This document shows, one piece after another, positions 22,250 to 37,317 of a stretch of 64,000 nucleotides of DNA (positions are counted from its first letter, which is position 1; each line of letters starts with the position of its first letter). Under the pieces are notes generated by a model. It saw nothing but the letters and a program-made list of their open reading frames with translations. It was not told where the DNA came from and did not search any database. The stretch covers positions 1,922,001 through 1,986,000 of the forward strand of contig OZ218962.1 of assembly GCA_965112735.1 (NCBI GenBank), read 5' to 3'. This DNA comes from Phaeosaccion multiseriatum. Taxonomy: Eukaryota > Protista > Ochrophyta, other classes. The translations under genes and the position numbers were made by a program.

Positions 22250-23058
22250 CTTGCTACTGACTCGCTACTCCCTCTCCCAGTGCTTCTCCCTCTGCTGTAC
22301 GCCGTGGAACGGGAGACTCTGCTAGGGCGCGCCAAAAAGAGCAACGACAGGGGGGGTGGAGGTGGGGGAGTGGGGGGGGGGCGGGGTAGCATGGAGAAAA
22401 GGGTGAAATTCGCAGAGAGAAGGACAGAGGAGGAGGACGAAGAGGAGGAGGAGGGTTGGTCAGAAAGACCCGTCCCCGAGTGAGAGCATGCGAGACTCCG
22501 GGAATGCAAGAACAAAGAGCGCAGAGAGCGGCAAACAGAGAGAGGAAGGAAAAGGGTGAAAGAGAGAGGGGAAGAAGATGAGGGGAATGCAACGCAAGCC
22601 GGCAGTAGGCACGGTCGTTACTACACAAAGAAGACCCAGAATCATACCTTTGCGTCCTCCTTCTCTCGTTTGTTTGCCTTTTTTGCTCCTTGCACAACTT
22701 GTTGCGTACCTACGCCAAGCCTCCAGAGGCCTCCAATCCACAGGTTGGATCCTAGAGAACCAACGGGGTAATGAGCTGTTTCCGTTGCGATCTGACCCCG
22801 CTAATCTCTTTTTCTCTTCACACAGAGAAGGTCTGCTTAAGAGAGGAAGGAATTAATGGAAGAAATGGTGTGATGAGAAGCTGACGCGAGAGCATCAGCA
22901 CTTGTCCCACCAGCACAACGAAGCGATAAGGTTGATAGAGGAGGAGGAGTGCTCTTCGAAAAGCTCTCTGATGGGTGTCTAGCAAGGCGTGCGGTAGAGG
23001 GAAAGAGTAGAGGGAAGCAAGGAGGAGAAGAGAAAGGGAGAGCAGGTGGCTCAGGAAG
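22250..23058. promoter_or_regulatory. Putative bidirectional promoter between NDUFB7 and the dynein-like gene
   Basis: Divergent start codons ~810 bp apart; inferred from layout only. Confidence 0.4.
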
Positions 23059-23078
23059 ATGATAGTGAACGGCGCACC

Positions 23079-23135
<57 letters not shown>

Positions 23136-24054
23136 CGCAGAAGAAAAGCCCACGGGCAGGACAAGCCGGGATAAGAGCCGCCCCAACAGTTCCAGATCCC
23201 CCAACCTGGCTGCTCCCGATGTCAAGATAGAAGGCCAACGTCGCTGGCGTCCGAGGAAGCCGAAGGGCGAGGACGAGGACACTGATGACGACATTGGTGA
23301 TGGTGATGATGATGATGATGATGAGAACCTTTTGGAGCTTGACCCCACAGAGAATGATCGGGCTCATACGACCGGTGGGGTGGGCTTCGGAGAGAGGAGG
23401 CGTGGTGGTGGTGGCGGTGATAGAGGAAGATCGCCATCTGAGGAAGACATACTGTATGAAGGCTCGACTGAAGCTCATCAAGGGATTGCTTCGCCGGGCC
23501 GTGACCAGAGCCAGAAACAGAATCAGCAGCAGAAACCGCAGCAGCAGCAGCAGCAGTCACAGCAGCAACCGCAGCCGCAGAGGAGGGAGTATCCCCGCCG
23601 CAGCGTGGAGCAAGCGGTGGGCCCTGCGAGGGCAGCTTCTCCCTGGGTGCAGCCCAACACCTTGGACGCCGTGGAGCAGTGGGCTGACCTGCTCAGGCAG
23701 GAGGAGAGGAAGGCCATGCAAGATCAGGTAGAGTAGGGAGCCGTGGGCTATTGTAAGAAGGAAGGGACGGGTACAATGCATTCATTGCAAGGCATGGCAA
23801 GGGGTGTATCCCTCCTCTCCCTACCCATCCTTGCTGGTGGCCTTGCATCCGCTATAGCAGACCCCCCCTTCCTCTTCCCTTCCCTTGTGAAACTTCACAT
23901 GCCTCTTGAAGCCCACTTTTTGTTCAGCAGACTGATGTACATCGATTTCAGTTGGCTCACAACAGTGCTCACTCCCTTCTCACCCTTCTCTTCTCTTCGC
24001 CCCACTGCCCCCATTGCAGCGTCTGCGCCAGATGGAGCACCAGCAGTTGGTGAT

Positions 24055-24097
<43 letters not shown>

Positions 24098-25754
24098 GAG
24101 GAGGAGGAGCAGCAGCAGTGGCGGCAAGGGCAGTCGCCCTTGAGTCCTGTGGGCTTCGCTTTCGCCTTTGACACTAGCCCTGGCCCCTGCTCCCCCACTC
24201 TAAGAAGCAACAATGGCAGGGCAGTTACCGTCACAACCCCTGCTGTTGGTGATACATCCCCGGGGGGGAGGTTATCGTCCTTCAGCTGGGAGGCAGCTGA
24301 TGGCGACCAGCGTCGAGGCAGCATAGGCAGCTCCAATAGAAGCCCGGGGGGGGGGGTACTGCCCGCGGTGGTGCTACAACAGCTGGCGACGCAACAACAC
24401 AACCACCAGCAGCAGAACTTGGTGATACAGCAACCGCAGCAGCAGAGCACCTCCCCGGAAACCATCGCTCGCGCACGACAGTTACGTCAACGTATATCGG
24501 ACATTCATCCGCGCCGCAACAGATCCGCCATCCCAGGCCCTCATTCCGCCAAGCCAGCCCCATGTGAGAGGAGTGTGGTGGTGGTGGTGTGTGTGTGTGT
24601 GCGTATGTGTGTTTGTGTGTGTGTGCGTATGTGTGCGTATGTGTGTGTGTGTGTGTGCGTATGTGTGTGTGTGTTGTGTGTGTGCTTTGTGTGTATGGGG
24701 CAGGGTAGGGTCACGTCCACTGCCATCCATCACCCTCACTGCGTAGCTAGCCCCTTCACACTCGCCCCTCACGTTATATTGTCTCCCCTCCTCTCCCCTC
24801 TCCTCGCCTCTCCTTCTTTCACTCCCAGCCTACTACGGGCGCGAGCTGGCGTCTTACACCAAGTCACCCAACCCTAGAAGCACCAGCGGTGGGCTCCGTC
24901 CCTCTTCCACAGCCAGGGGTGACTCCCACTCTCTCTCTCCGCCCCGAGGAGGAGGAGGAAGCGCTGGAGTCGGTGTCCGAGTCGGTGTCCACCCCCAGCC
25001 GCCCTACGTGGGGGAGGCAGGGCCTGACTCACCCCTGCGACGGAGGACCAACATGCCAAGGGGGGGCATGATGGAGCATGCTGCGGGGCAAGGAAGGCCA
25101 CAGCAGCAGCAGAAGAAGCAGTCTGAGGGGGGGAGTAGTGGTGGCTCTGCTGGTGGTGATGATGAAGTGCCTCTGAAGAAGATGAATATGCCAATCGAAG
25201 GCCTCCAAGACGAGGACAAGAGCCAAGAGGTGGTGCTCCAAGTCCGAGCCCAAACGCAAATCCAAACTAAAGCACCTGGACACAACTCACCGGAAGCAAC
25301 TGCAGAAGCAACTGCAGAAGCAACTGCAGAAGCAACTGCAGAAGCAACTGCAGAAGCGGCTGCTCCTGTTGCTGTTGATGTTGCTGTTGCTGTTGCTGGT
25401 GCTGCTGCTGGTGCAGATGCTGCTGAACGTCGTCCTCCGCGGTCTTCGCTGCTTACACGCCGGTCCCCTGGGGACGGACCGCGAAAGAGCGTCACCTTCA
25501 AGGGTGGACAACAGCAACAGCAGCAAGAAAAACAAAAAGAACAACAACAACAACAAGAAGAAGAAGAAGGAGGAGGAGGGGGGGGGGAGGGGGCCTATCC
25601 AGATTGCTTCAGTGTCCATGCGGTGGGAGACGCTGCGGTTACGAGAGGAGGAGGGAGAGGGAGCCCAGAGAGAGGGAGTCTTGCTGCGCCCAGGCCTGCG
25701 AGCTCCCCTCTCCGAGGGAGCAGCGCCGGCTACTCCGGTCCATCGAGGTGTGTG

Positions 25755-25811
<57 letters not shown>

Positions 25812-27152
25812 TGGTGGTGCTTGACCTTGATGAATAAGCATCGAGAGTAGAACAGCGACAGGCTGATAATCGGACTCGTCTGAGGCTCACCATTACTCAC
25901 CACCCACTCCCCCCTCCCCCCGCCCCCCTTCCCACCACCCAACCCCACCCGCACCCGCTGCCCCTCTTCCTCTCCTCCACCTGCTGCCCCTCTTCCTCTC
26001 CTCCACCTGCTGCCCCTCTTCCTCTCCTCCACCTGCTGCCCCTCTTCCTCTCCTCCACCTGCTGCCCCTCTTCCTCTCCTCTCCCTCTCTCCCTCTCTCC
26101 CCTTCTCTGCCTCTCCTCGCTCTCTCCTCCCCTCCCCTCCTCCCCCCCTCCATAGCCCCTCCAGACCCTCCTCGTCCTCCTTCCCCTCCCCCCCCTCCAC
26201 AGCGGCTCTGTTGGCAGCCGCCATCTGTGAATTGCCCTCCCCTGCTCTCATCGCGTCCACAGGACCTCTATCCCCCAATGCGCGGCTTCGAAGCCCCGCC
26301 CTCGCCATGGAGATGTTCGCAGGTGCGTGCGTGCGTTATATATATATACAAAACTATATATATATATATTTGTTTATATATATTACTAAGCACTTACTTG
26401 GTACATATATTTTGTTTGTGATGTGTATGTGTAAGTGTACGTGTGTCTGTATGTATGTGTACGTTGACTGCTAAAAAACAGTGGGCACTGGTAGTGCGGA
26501 GTGGGAGAGAGGAGGAGAAGAGAGGAAGGAAGGAAGGAAGGGGGCAGGGCGTGTGCGTGTGTATGTGCATGAATACACCTCCTCCTCCCCTCTCTCCCTC
26601 TGCTTTCCCATGTGCCTCCATCTGACACGCCCACTCACCCCTCTCCATCCGAAGACGGCCGCGGTTCGGAGGCATGGGGGCTCGACATGGAGACGCAGCA
26701 GCACTTACTCGAGCAGTCCAGGTAAACGTGTTGTAGTTTCAGGTTCAGGTTGAAGTGGTCTCAGTGCCCACCACCCGTAACTTGCCGTTGCGGCGGACGT
26801 ATTCCCCAACCACCAAGGGCCACAAAACCCCTCCCTTCACATCTGACCCTCCCATCCCCCTCCCCCCCCCCCCCCCAAACCCCACCGCAGACGCTGGAAT
26901 GCATCGTTCTTGGACCTTTCTTCCCCGGACGCCGGTTTCTATCACTTCTACGGAACAGAAGAAGAGGAAGAAGTAGGAGGAGGAGGAGGAGGAGGAGGAG
27001 GAGGAGGAGGAGGTGGTAACGGAGGGGAGGATGGGGGGCTACCTAGACGAGGACGAGCAGCCCCAGGTGTGGGGGGTCAACACCGCGGACATCGCAGTAC
27101 CAGCAACGCCGCCATTGATGCCTTTGTGGAAGATGCTCTCAGCGAGGTGAGA

Positions 27153-27207
<55 letters not shown>

Positions 27208-30200
27208 GGAGAGAGAGTGAGTAAGTGAGGGAGAGGGAGGGAGAGAGAGAGGGAGAGGGAGAGAGTGAGAGAGGGAGAGAGGGAGAGAGAGAGAGAGAGA
27301 GAGGGAGAGAGGTCCCTCCTCAGTCTTGAAAGAAGTGCAACTCTTGGGAAGCAAACTCTAATCGAGTCCAACCCATCCCAACACATCCCCCCACCAGGAC
27401 ACGGAGCGGATACCTTCGGCTAACAGCTACGTGTACGCGGTTCCCCGCCACACTTTGCCTCCCAAGCCCAGGGGGGGCAAGGGCCGCCCCAGGGGGGGGC
27501 AGAGGGGAATCCACTGCCATCGTCAACTCAAGTGCAACCCATATGACCTTGTTATTGTGGGCAGCTCCGGCTTTGGACAAGAAGGCAGCCGTCGGCCCAC
27601 TCCAGCAGTTGGTGATACAACAGCAGCAGCAGCAGCGGCAGCGGCAGCAGGGGGAGAAGGAGGAGGGGGAGGAGGAGGATGGGGCAGCAAGGAAGGCAGA
27701 GGAGAGGAAAGGGCTGCCCAACGGATTGCAGTGGGGGGGCATGGCAAAGACGGGACTGCCAAGCACAAGGAAAAGAAGGGGATGGTGGCGGCGGCGGCTA
27801 TAGCAGTTGGTGATACGGCGAAGGAAGGCGAGGAAGGAGGGGGTGTGGGAGAGCTCCTCATGTTCACGAGCAAGGTAAGGAAGAGAAGATGGGATGGCAC
27901 CAAATAGATGGGTGGACGGATAGATGAATGGATGGATGGATGGATGGATGAATGAATGGATGGATGGATGGCACCAAATGGATGGATGATGGATGGCACT
28001 AAATGGATGGGTGTGCATTGCCCCCCAACCTCAAAACCCAAAACCAGACCGCTCAACGTTAGTTTACGTTATCTTTTGATAATAGCAAAAGAGTTTCACC
28101 CCGATTACCCAACCACACCCCCCCACACCCCCTCCCTCGCCAACAAATACCCAACAAACGAATAACCAACAGGTGGTGTTGCATCAGAACCGCAATGGAG
28201 AGGTGGATGCCGTCAGTCTCCGACAGTGGCGTCTCGACAAACAGCGATTCACCGCCGCCACAAGCCTCTCTGTGTTTCGCAAGTACCCTGTTTGGAAGTA
28301 CGTTACAGGCTGGCGACGCCTCATCAAGGCAAGGAAGCGCAAGGCCACAGTAGAGGCGGTTTCAAGAGGAGTGGTGATGCTGGAGCCGGCCCTTCGTGCT
28401 GCGTTGTGTAACGTCAATGATCGTCTGTTGAGGGTGTTGGAGGACCAACCGCTCATCACCTTTCGGAAACGGGACGAGCAGAGGAGGGCGAGAAGGGCGG
28501 CGGAGGATGCGGCGGAGAAGGAGGAAGGAATGTTCAGAGGGCTTGGTGGTGATATCAACGACAAGAAGGAGGAGAAGGAGGAGGAGGAGGAGGGGAAGCA
28601 GCTGGTGCAGCAGCAGCAGCAGCAGCAGCAGCAACACCAGAAGCAGGGCGAGGGACAGGAGGAGAAGAAGAAGGGTGGTGAGGGGCAGAAGGTGGGTGGT
28701 GAGGGGACGGAGGACGAGGAGGAGGACGAGGAGGAGGAGGAGGAGGAGGAGGAGGTGGGAATGGAAGACTATTCTTTGGATGAATTTTGCGCCGAGCAGC
28801 AACAGAACCTCGAATCCCTGTACCGCCGCCTGTGGGATGAGTACAACGCGTGTGCGAGGGAGCTTTCACAGATGGCGCAGCAGCACATGGAGGAGGAGGG
28901 TCTGGTGGTGGATGGGGAAAAGTGGAACAGGGAGCCTCTGGACCTTGACGCCTATGGGGAGGATGGCAGTGAATGGGACGATGACGACGACGACGAAGAC
29001 GACGAGGACGAGGAGGAGGGGGAGGGGGAGGAGGAAGGGGAGGGGCAAGGAGGGGAGGAGGGGAGGGGGCGCAAAGTCGTGCCGCGCGGCCAAGGGTCAG
29101 GGACAGAACGGGGCAGGAGCCATGCCATCAGTGTTCAGCAGGCCAAGCAGCAGCAGCAGCAGCAGCAGCGAGAGAGGCCTCATCATCGAGATCGGGAGGA
29201 AGAGACGCTTGAGCAGGTGATGCACTATACCTTGACGCTGTCCGACCCCGACCAACAGACGCCTGAGCAGCTCCAGGAGCAGCTCTGTCGTAGAAAGGAG
29301 TACCGGGAGAGGGTGGAGGAGAGACAGGCGGAGAAGCGGCGAAAGACACGGCGGCGGCAGCGGCAGAGGGACCTCCTGGAGTATCGACAGTGGGTGGAGC
29401 AGCAGCGGCAGGAACAGTTGGTGATACAGCAGCAGGAGCAGCAGCAGCAGCAGAAGGAGGAGGAGGAGGAGGAGGAGGAGGGGGGGGGGGAGAGGGAGAA
29501 GAAGGAGGGGGAGGAGAATGGGGGTGAGGAGGGAGGGGAAGGGGAGGAGGAGAAGAACAAGAGGAAACAACTCTCCGAGACAAGCTTGTTCGGTCCCAGC
29601 GGTTGCTCCGGGAGGGAGGGGGGAAAGGAAGGCAGCCGTAGCAATAGTAGGCATGCAAGCCGGAGCTCTTTTTTGTCCTCCTACCCCCCCACAGAAGAAG
29701 AGCTCTCTTGTGTGCGATCTTGGGCCTTCGCTGCCCAACAGCGCCAGGCATGCAGCCACGTCTGCCGTGCCTTCCGTCTCGCTGACATCTTCCTGCATGT
29801 GAGTAGTGGGTGGGTGGGTGAGTGGGTGAGTGTGTGGGTGAGTGTGTGGGTGAGTCGGTGGGTGGGTGAGTGTGTGGGTGAGTGTGTGGGTGAGTGTGTG
29901 GGTGAGTGTGTGGGTGAGTCGGTGTGTGGGTGAGTGTGTGGGTGAGTGTGTGGGTGAGTGGGTGGGTGAGTGTGTGGGTGAGTCGGTGGGTGGGTGAGTG
30001 GGTGGGTGAGTGGGTGGGTGAGTGTGTAAATTGGTGGGGGAGAGGTGAGCGAGTGAGTGAGCGAGGGAGTGAGTGAGTGAGTGAGTGAGTGGGCGCGCTT
30101 ACACATTGAAACGCGTTGAATGTTCTCAGTGCATGCGCCAGCTCGACTCCAATTTCCTCTGTATCACCAACTGTCCTGCTCTGCCACGGAAGCGTTCATC

Positions 30201-32818
30201 ATCTCATCTTGTTGTGCACCCCCCCCACCCCTTCTTCCTCCTCCTCCTCCTCCTCCTCCTCCTCCTCCTCCTCCTCCTCCTCCTCCTCCTCCTCCTCCTC
30301 CTCCTCCTCCTCCTCCTCCTCCTCCTCCTCCTCCTCCTCCTCCTCCTCCTCCTCCTCCTCCTCCTCCTCCTCCTCCTCCTGCTCCTCCTCCTCCTCCTCC
30401 TCCTCCTCCTCCTCCTCCTCCTCCTCCTCCTCCTCCTCCTCCTCCTCCTCCTCCTCCTCCTCCTCCTCCTCCTCCTCCTCCTCCTCCTCCTCCTCCTCCT
30501 CCTCCTCCTCCTCCTCCTCCTCCTCCTCCTCCTCCTCCTCCTCCTCCTCCTCCTCCTCCTCCCTCCCCCCTCCAGCGCTGTCTAAACGACCTCGCTTACG
30601 CCTTCACCGAGGCGCTACTCAGAGCCCTCCGGAAAGAGGACCGTCGAAGGGACATGCGTTTACTCCGGCACCTCTCCTGCCCCCCCTCCAATCCCCTCTC
30701 CGCCACCGTTGACGAGTTGGTGCTCCACGACCTCAGCCTGTTGGGATTAGAACACCTCTGCCCTAAGAAGGTCACACCTGCCCACATTCGTGCGTGGCGG
30801 AGATGCTTTCGTCAGCTTTGCCGGCGACATGACGCCGCCGCAAGGTATAGACTCCTCCTCCTCCTCCTCCTCCTCCTCCTCCTCCTCCTCCTCCTCCTCC
30901 TCCTCCTCCTCCTCCTCCTCCTCCTCCTCCTCCTCCTCCTCCTCCTCCTCCTCCTCCTCCTCCTCCTCCTCCTCCTCCTCCTCCTCCTCCTCCTCCTCCT
31001 CCTCCTCCTCCTCCTCCTCCTCCTCCTCCTCCTCCTCCTCCTCCTCCTCCTCCTCCTCCTCCTCCTCCTCCTCCTCCTCCTCCTCCTCCTCCTCCTCCTC
31101 CTCCTCCTCCTCCTCCTCCTCCTCCTCCTCCTCCTCCTCCTCCTCCTCCTCCTCCTCCTCCTCCTCCTCCTCCTCCTCCTCCTCCTCCTCCTCCTCCTCC
31201 TCCTCCTCCTCCTCCTCCTCCTCCTCCTCCTCCTCCTCCTCCTCCTCCTCCTCCTCCTCCTCCTCCTCCTCCTCCTCCTCCTCCTCCTCCTCCTCCTCCT
31301 CCTCCTCCTCCTCCTCCTCCTCCTCCTCCTCCTCCCCCTCCTCCTCCTCCTCCACTGAGGGGAGGCCCAACAACCAAACGAAAAATATTCTGCTACGCCC
31401 CGCACCCGCTTTCCCTTTGACATCTGCTGTCGTTCCTTTCTTCTTCTCCTCCCTCCCTCCCTCCCTCCCTCCCTCCCTCCCTCCCTCCCTCCCTCCCTTC
31501 CTCCCTCCCTCCCTCCCTCCCTCCCTCCCTCCCTCCCTCCCTCCCTCCCTCCCTCCCTCCCTCCCTCCCTCCCTCCCTCCCTCCCTCCCTCCCTCCCTCC
31601 CTCCCTCCCTCCCTCCCTCCCTCCCTCCCTCCCTCCCTCCCTCCCTCCCTCCCTCCCTCCCTCCCTCTCTCCCTCCCTCCCTCCATCCCTCCCTCCCTCC
31701 CCCCCTCCCTCCCTCCGCTCCTCTCCCCTCCCCTCCCCTCCCCTCCCCTCCCCTCCCCTCCTCGTTTTGCCTGCTACACCAGGGCGTCCCGCTACGTTCA
31801 GCTGAGTCGAAGAACGCTACACTCCGTCCTCACTCTGGCGGGTCATGGTCTGTCCCTCCACGTGGCGGCGGAAACCATTCTCAAGCTCTGTCCGAAGGCG
31901 GCGGATCTGTTGGATCGGATGTACACCGCTGGGCACTTTGATGTAATGCTTTCTCTTCTCGCAGAGCGACTGACGCCGTCTTTGCACCGGCCGGGAGGAG
32001 GAGGAGGAGGAGGAGAAGAGGGAGGAGGAGAGGGAGGAGGAGTAGCAGGAGGAGAAGGAGGAGGAGCAGGAGAAGAAAGAGGAGGAGAAGGAGGAGGAGG
32101 GGGGGGAGGAGGAGGGGGAGAAGGCTTTTTCCCGCGAGGCCATCCGCTGTTTGGGTCGAGTGAAGCAGTGACCGAGGATGTTTTTGTCGAGGTGCTCCTG
32201 CATTGCTACGGCCTTGTGGAACAAGACATGGCACCCAGATTAGGTGAAGGAGGAGGAGGAGAAGCAGTAGTGGGAGGAGGAGGAGGAGGAGGTGGTGGTG
32301 GAGGAGGAAAAGGAGGGGAAGAGCACGGCTGTGATGACATATTCGGGGGTGGTGATGATAACGAGGCCGCTGCGCTAACTGCAGCAGCGGAGCAGCAGCA
32401 CGAGGAGGGGTGGAGCAGCGGTGGAGAAGGGAGTGATACTTATCCTAGTGATGATGACAGCGAGAGAGGAGGAGGAGGAGGAGGAGGAGGAAGCAGGGGA
32501 GGAGACCTCTTCGGTGCGGCACTCTACCTCGGCGATCGAGGGCCCGGCTGGACAACGACGGAGGACCGCAGCAGCGAAGAGGTCGTGTTTCGGGTGTTTG
32601 TGGAAGGGGACTTTGATCTTTGGCAGTTGGAACTACGGCCGAGCCTTTGCGACGCTTTGTCGAGTGTACGGAGGCTCTTGACCACGGCGCTTGTCGCTCT
32701 CTCGCGCCTTCCCCCCTTTATAGAGCACGTGCAGCTCCAGCCCTTTAGTGACATGGCCAAAGGTGAGTAAGTCAGTGGGTGGGTGCACTTTTGGATGGGT
32801 GTGCGGGTTTAGGATTGT

Positions 32819-32860
<42 letters not shown>

Positions 32861-35800
32861 CGGTGGTGTAGGTGGGTGTGGTGGATGGGTGGATGGATGG
32901 CAGTGAATGGTTGTCAGGGGATGGATGGCAGTGGATGGGTTTGAGGGGCGAGGCATAGAGTAAGTGAGTGCTGATGTGGGTGGTTGGATGTTTGCATGTG
33001 TATGCATGTATGTATGTATGTACGGTGTGTGAGAGGCATACGCGCATTCGTATGGCATCGATAAAGTGAGCATCCCCAACTCCTCTCAAGCCCCGTTTGG
33101 GAAGCCTTACTTCATATGGAAGCATATGGGAGCATATGGGAGCATATGGAAGCATATGGAAGCGTATGGAAGCGTATGGAAGCATATGGAAGCATATGGA
33201 AGGGGGTGTGAGGATGCGAACCCCACTTACAACCCCAACCCCACTCTCTCCCATCCCATCCACTGCCATCCCATCCACCCATCCACTGCCATCCCGTCCC
33301 ATCTTATCCTGTCCGAACGATCCGTACGAAAACACACACACCCCTGCTCACCCCCCCCCCCCCCAAACCACACGCACACGCACACACACACACACGCACA
33401 CACAAACACATACCCACACGCACACACCCACCCACAAATACACACACCCACAAACACAAAAACACCCACACACACCCACACACACACCCACCCACACACC
33501 CACACACCCACACACATACACACACATACACACACACCCACACTCACACCCACCCACCCACCCACACACACGCACACACCCACACACACAAACACACACC
33601 CACACCCACCCACACACACACACACACGCCCACACACATACACACATACACCCACACGCACACAACACACGCACACACACACACACACAGGCTCCTGCAT
33701 CAATCTGAAGGTGGCCCCCTCGCTGCAAGAAACCCGGCCTGGCGACGGTGGACTCAGCATCCTCCATGGCCTTGACCTACGAGGAGGAGGGGGTGGTGGT
33801 GGAGGGGGCGGGGGAGGTGGAGGACTCACAGATGACAGAGACAGCAAAGAGCATACCATCAACACGCTGGGGGTGGTGGCGGTGCAGCGTGAGTGGGTGA
33901 GCGGGCTGGATGGCAGTCGATGGTTCAAGGAGCTTCAGGCGGCCCTGCTGCGCTCGCTTGTGTTCGCACACAACGCCGTGTATCGCTTAGGACTGGGCCA
34001 TAGGCCTCTCATGGTCAAGGCCAAACAACTCCGGGTAGGGGCATATGGGCGTACTGGCACGCGCACGCGCACGCACACGCACACACACACACACACACGC
34101 AGACTGACACAGACACACGCACACACACACACGCACACACACACACACGCACACACACACACAGACACACGCACACACAGACACACGCACACACCCACCC
34201 ACATACAACACACACACACACACACACACATACAACACACACGAACACACACTTGACTCCCTCACCTCTCCTCCCCTCCCCTCCCCTCCCCTCCCCACCC
34301 CAGGTGTTCGATGTGGAATACGCTGCCCGTGTTGATCTATGCTCCAGGCACGCCGTCCTTAACTTCGACGACGTCGCGGAAACCGAGGTCATCACAGATG
34401 GCGGTGGAGGAGGACAATTCACACTCAACCTCGCCTCTGTAACCGTCGCCAGTGAGATGAAGGCGTGGCTGCTGCGCTGGCATGATAGTCTCGTTCGATT
34501 CGCACAGGAGGTACGTTAACACCACCGTTGCGAAACGCTAACATTACGCTACGTTAGGTTAGATTATGACATAGTTATACTCTCACTATCCATTGATCTC
34601 AAGGTACGCACTGTATTCTTCCCTCTCTCGTCCTTCCTCTCCTTGCCTCTCTATCTCTCTCTCTTTGCCTATGCCCCTCCCTCACCCCCTCCCCTCCCTC
34701 TCTCTTTTCTCCGCCCCCCCCCTTCTCCCTCATCCTCCTCATCCTCTCCCTCCCTCCCTCCCTCCCTCCCTCCCTCCCTCCCTCCCTCCCTCCCTCCCTC
34801 CCTCCCTCCCTCCCTCCCTCCCTCCCTCCCTCCCTCCCTCCCTCCCTCCCTCCCTCCCTCCCTCCCTCCCTCCCTCCCTCCCTCCCTCCCTCCCTCCCTC
34901 CCTCCCTCCCTCCCTCCCTCCCTCCCTCCCTCCCTCCCTCCCTCCCTCCCTCCCTCCCTCCCTCCCTCCCTCCCTCCCTCCCTCCCTCCCTCCCTCCCTC
35001 CCTCCCTCCCTCCCTCCCTCCCTCCCTCCCTCCCTCCCTCCCTCCCTCCCTCCCTCCCTCCCTCCCTCCCTCCCTCCCTCCCTCCCTCCCTCCCTCCCTC
35101 CCTCCCTCCCTCCCTCCCTCCCTCCCTCCCTCCCTCCCTCCCTCCCTCCCTCCCTCCCTCCCTCCCTCCCTCCCTCCCTCCCTCCCTCCCTCCCTCCCTC
35201 CCTCCCTCCCTCCCTCCCTCCCTCCCTCCCTCCCTCCCTCCCTCCCTCCCTCCCTCCCTCCCTCCCTCCCTCCCTCCCTCCCTCCCTCCCTCCCTCCCTC
35301 CCTCCCTCCCTCCCTCCCTCCCTCCCTCCCTCCCTCCCTCCCTCCCTCCCTCCCTCCCTCCCTCCCTCCCTCCCTCCCTCCCTCCCTCCCTCCCTCCCTC
35401 CCTCCCTCCCTCCCTCCCTCCCTTCCTCCCTCCCTCCCTCCCTCCTACTCAGGTCACTGGCATGACCACGTACTCTCCCCAACGCCTCTTCTCTGTGCAC
35501 ACAAACGCCTTGGCCGCGTACCTCCTGCACTACCCGGCGGAGTCCCTCGTCAAGCTCAAGGTCTGTAACGGTATTGTAACGGCCACATATCTGCCCTTGT
35601 GTCGCTCACTCGCTCACTCACTCACTCACTCACTCACTCACTCACTCACTCACTCACTCACTCACTCACTCGCTCACTCACTCACTCACTCACTCACTCA
35701 CTCACTCACTCACTCACTCACTCACTCACTCACTCACTCACTCACTCACTCACTCACTCACTCACTCACTCACTCACTCACTTGCTCACTCACTCACTCA

Positions 35801-37286
35801 CTCACTCACTCACTCACTCACTCACTCACTCATTCACTCCCTCCTCACAAACTGTTCTGCTCTCCCTGCTCTGCCCATACACCCGCTCAGGCCATCGGTC
35901 CAATCATGTTTGTGAATGCATGTGACGCGTTTGCGGCCGTGCTCCGGAGAGCGGGGGTGGTGCTCACCACTGGCGACGACGTGGGCCTCGACAGATTCGG
36001 CGAGAAGGTGCAGTTTCTGGTCAAGCTAGAGAGAGACTTCCACTTGCTAGATGCCGAGGTGAGGCGCATTTCCTCCCTACAGAGGCTGCTTCAACACATG
36101 GGAGCCTTCAAAGAGCCTTCGCGACCTCCTCGACCGTCCCGACCGGGCACAACAGCAGCGGCAGGAGCATCAGGAGGAGCAGGTGCGCGGGGAGATGTTG
36201 GTGATATGGCACACGCAGGAAGAGAGAGCTCTGGGGCCTCTAGTGGGGGCGGAAGTGCTGCTGTATCACCAACTGCTGCAGGTGGAGACATTTTGCATAG
36301 TGCCTCCGCTTCGGTACTGGGCAGTGGGAGGATGAGTGCTCTAGACGCTGCCACCCACTTGTCTATGGGGGGAGCCTCGGCTGCACTGGTCAGGGGGGTG
36401 CTTTTGGGCCCTACTCATGCTTCCAACAAGAAGAAGAGGAAGAAGGAGGGGGTTGGTAAGAAGGCGAAGGAGGGTAGTAAGACTGCTACTGCTTCTGGAG
36501 GAGGAGGAGGTGGAGGAGGAGGAGGAGGAGGAGGAGGAGGAGGGGGAGGGGGAGAGGAGGAGAGGGGAGGGTCAGCAGCAGAGATGAAGGGGGGACACAG
36601 GATGGCGTGGGGGGGTGGTGTGCTGGCATCAGGAGGGGGTGCAGGGGGAAGTGGGATAGATGTAGACTTGCCTGGCTCTGAGGAAAAGGAGGGGGAGGAG
36701 GAGGAGGACGACGACGATCACGAGGAGGAGGAGGAAGAAGAAGAGGAGGAGGAGGAGGAGTTTGGGGAGGAGGAGGTGGGGGAGGGAGACGACGAGGCCT
36801 GCGTTCGAAACCTCTTGATCGAGCATAGGAAGTTGCGGCAGACGGTGACGGACGTCCACAAGAGTTGGTCCACCAAAGGTCGCCATTTGTATAACCTCAT
36901 CAAGACGGAGCTGGGGCGGCTCACAAATGACTTGGAGATTGTGGATGCCAACTTGACCAAGAAGGAAATGAAGGATCCGCACACGGACCCGGAGGAGATT
37001 TGCACTCTGTTGCGGCGCTATGAAGACCGGATGCATGACATGAAGGTGATGGATGGCAGTTGATGGGAGGGAAGCGAGGGAGAGGGCAGTGGACGGGGGA
37101 AGGGAGGGATGGAAGTGGATGGTCAAGGCACTGTAAGTATGACATGAAGGTGGAGATAGAGACATGTATCACACATGGCAAACCTTCGCCGCCTGACCAC
37201 TGCGACTGTATCACCAAGTGCTTCCCCTGCCTTAACGCAAGAAACAACCATACCTCCTACACACACACACACATGTACACACATGT

Positions 37287-37317
<31 letters not shown>

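Noticed and set aside
26203-26230. Acceptor CACAG|26203 for dynein exon 4
   Set aside because: Gives an early stop in the required phase. CATAG|26156 is phase-consistent.
30085-35530. Poly-L/P/S/E/G/R and PPSL/GGRE ORFs
   Set aside because: Products of (CCT)n and (CCCT)n intronic repeats, which are stop-free in all frames.
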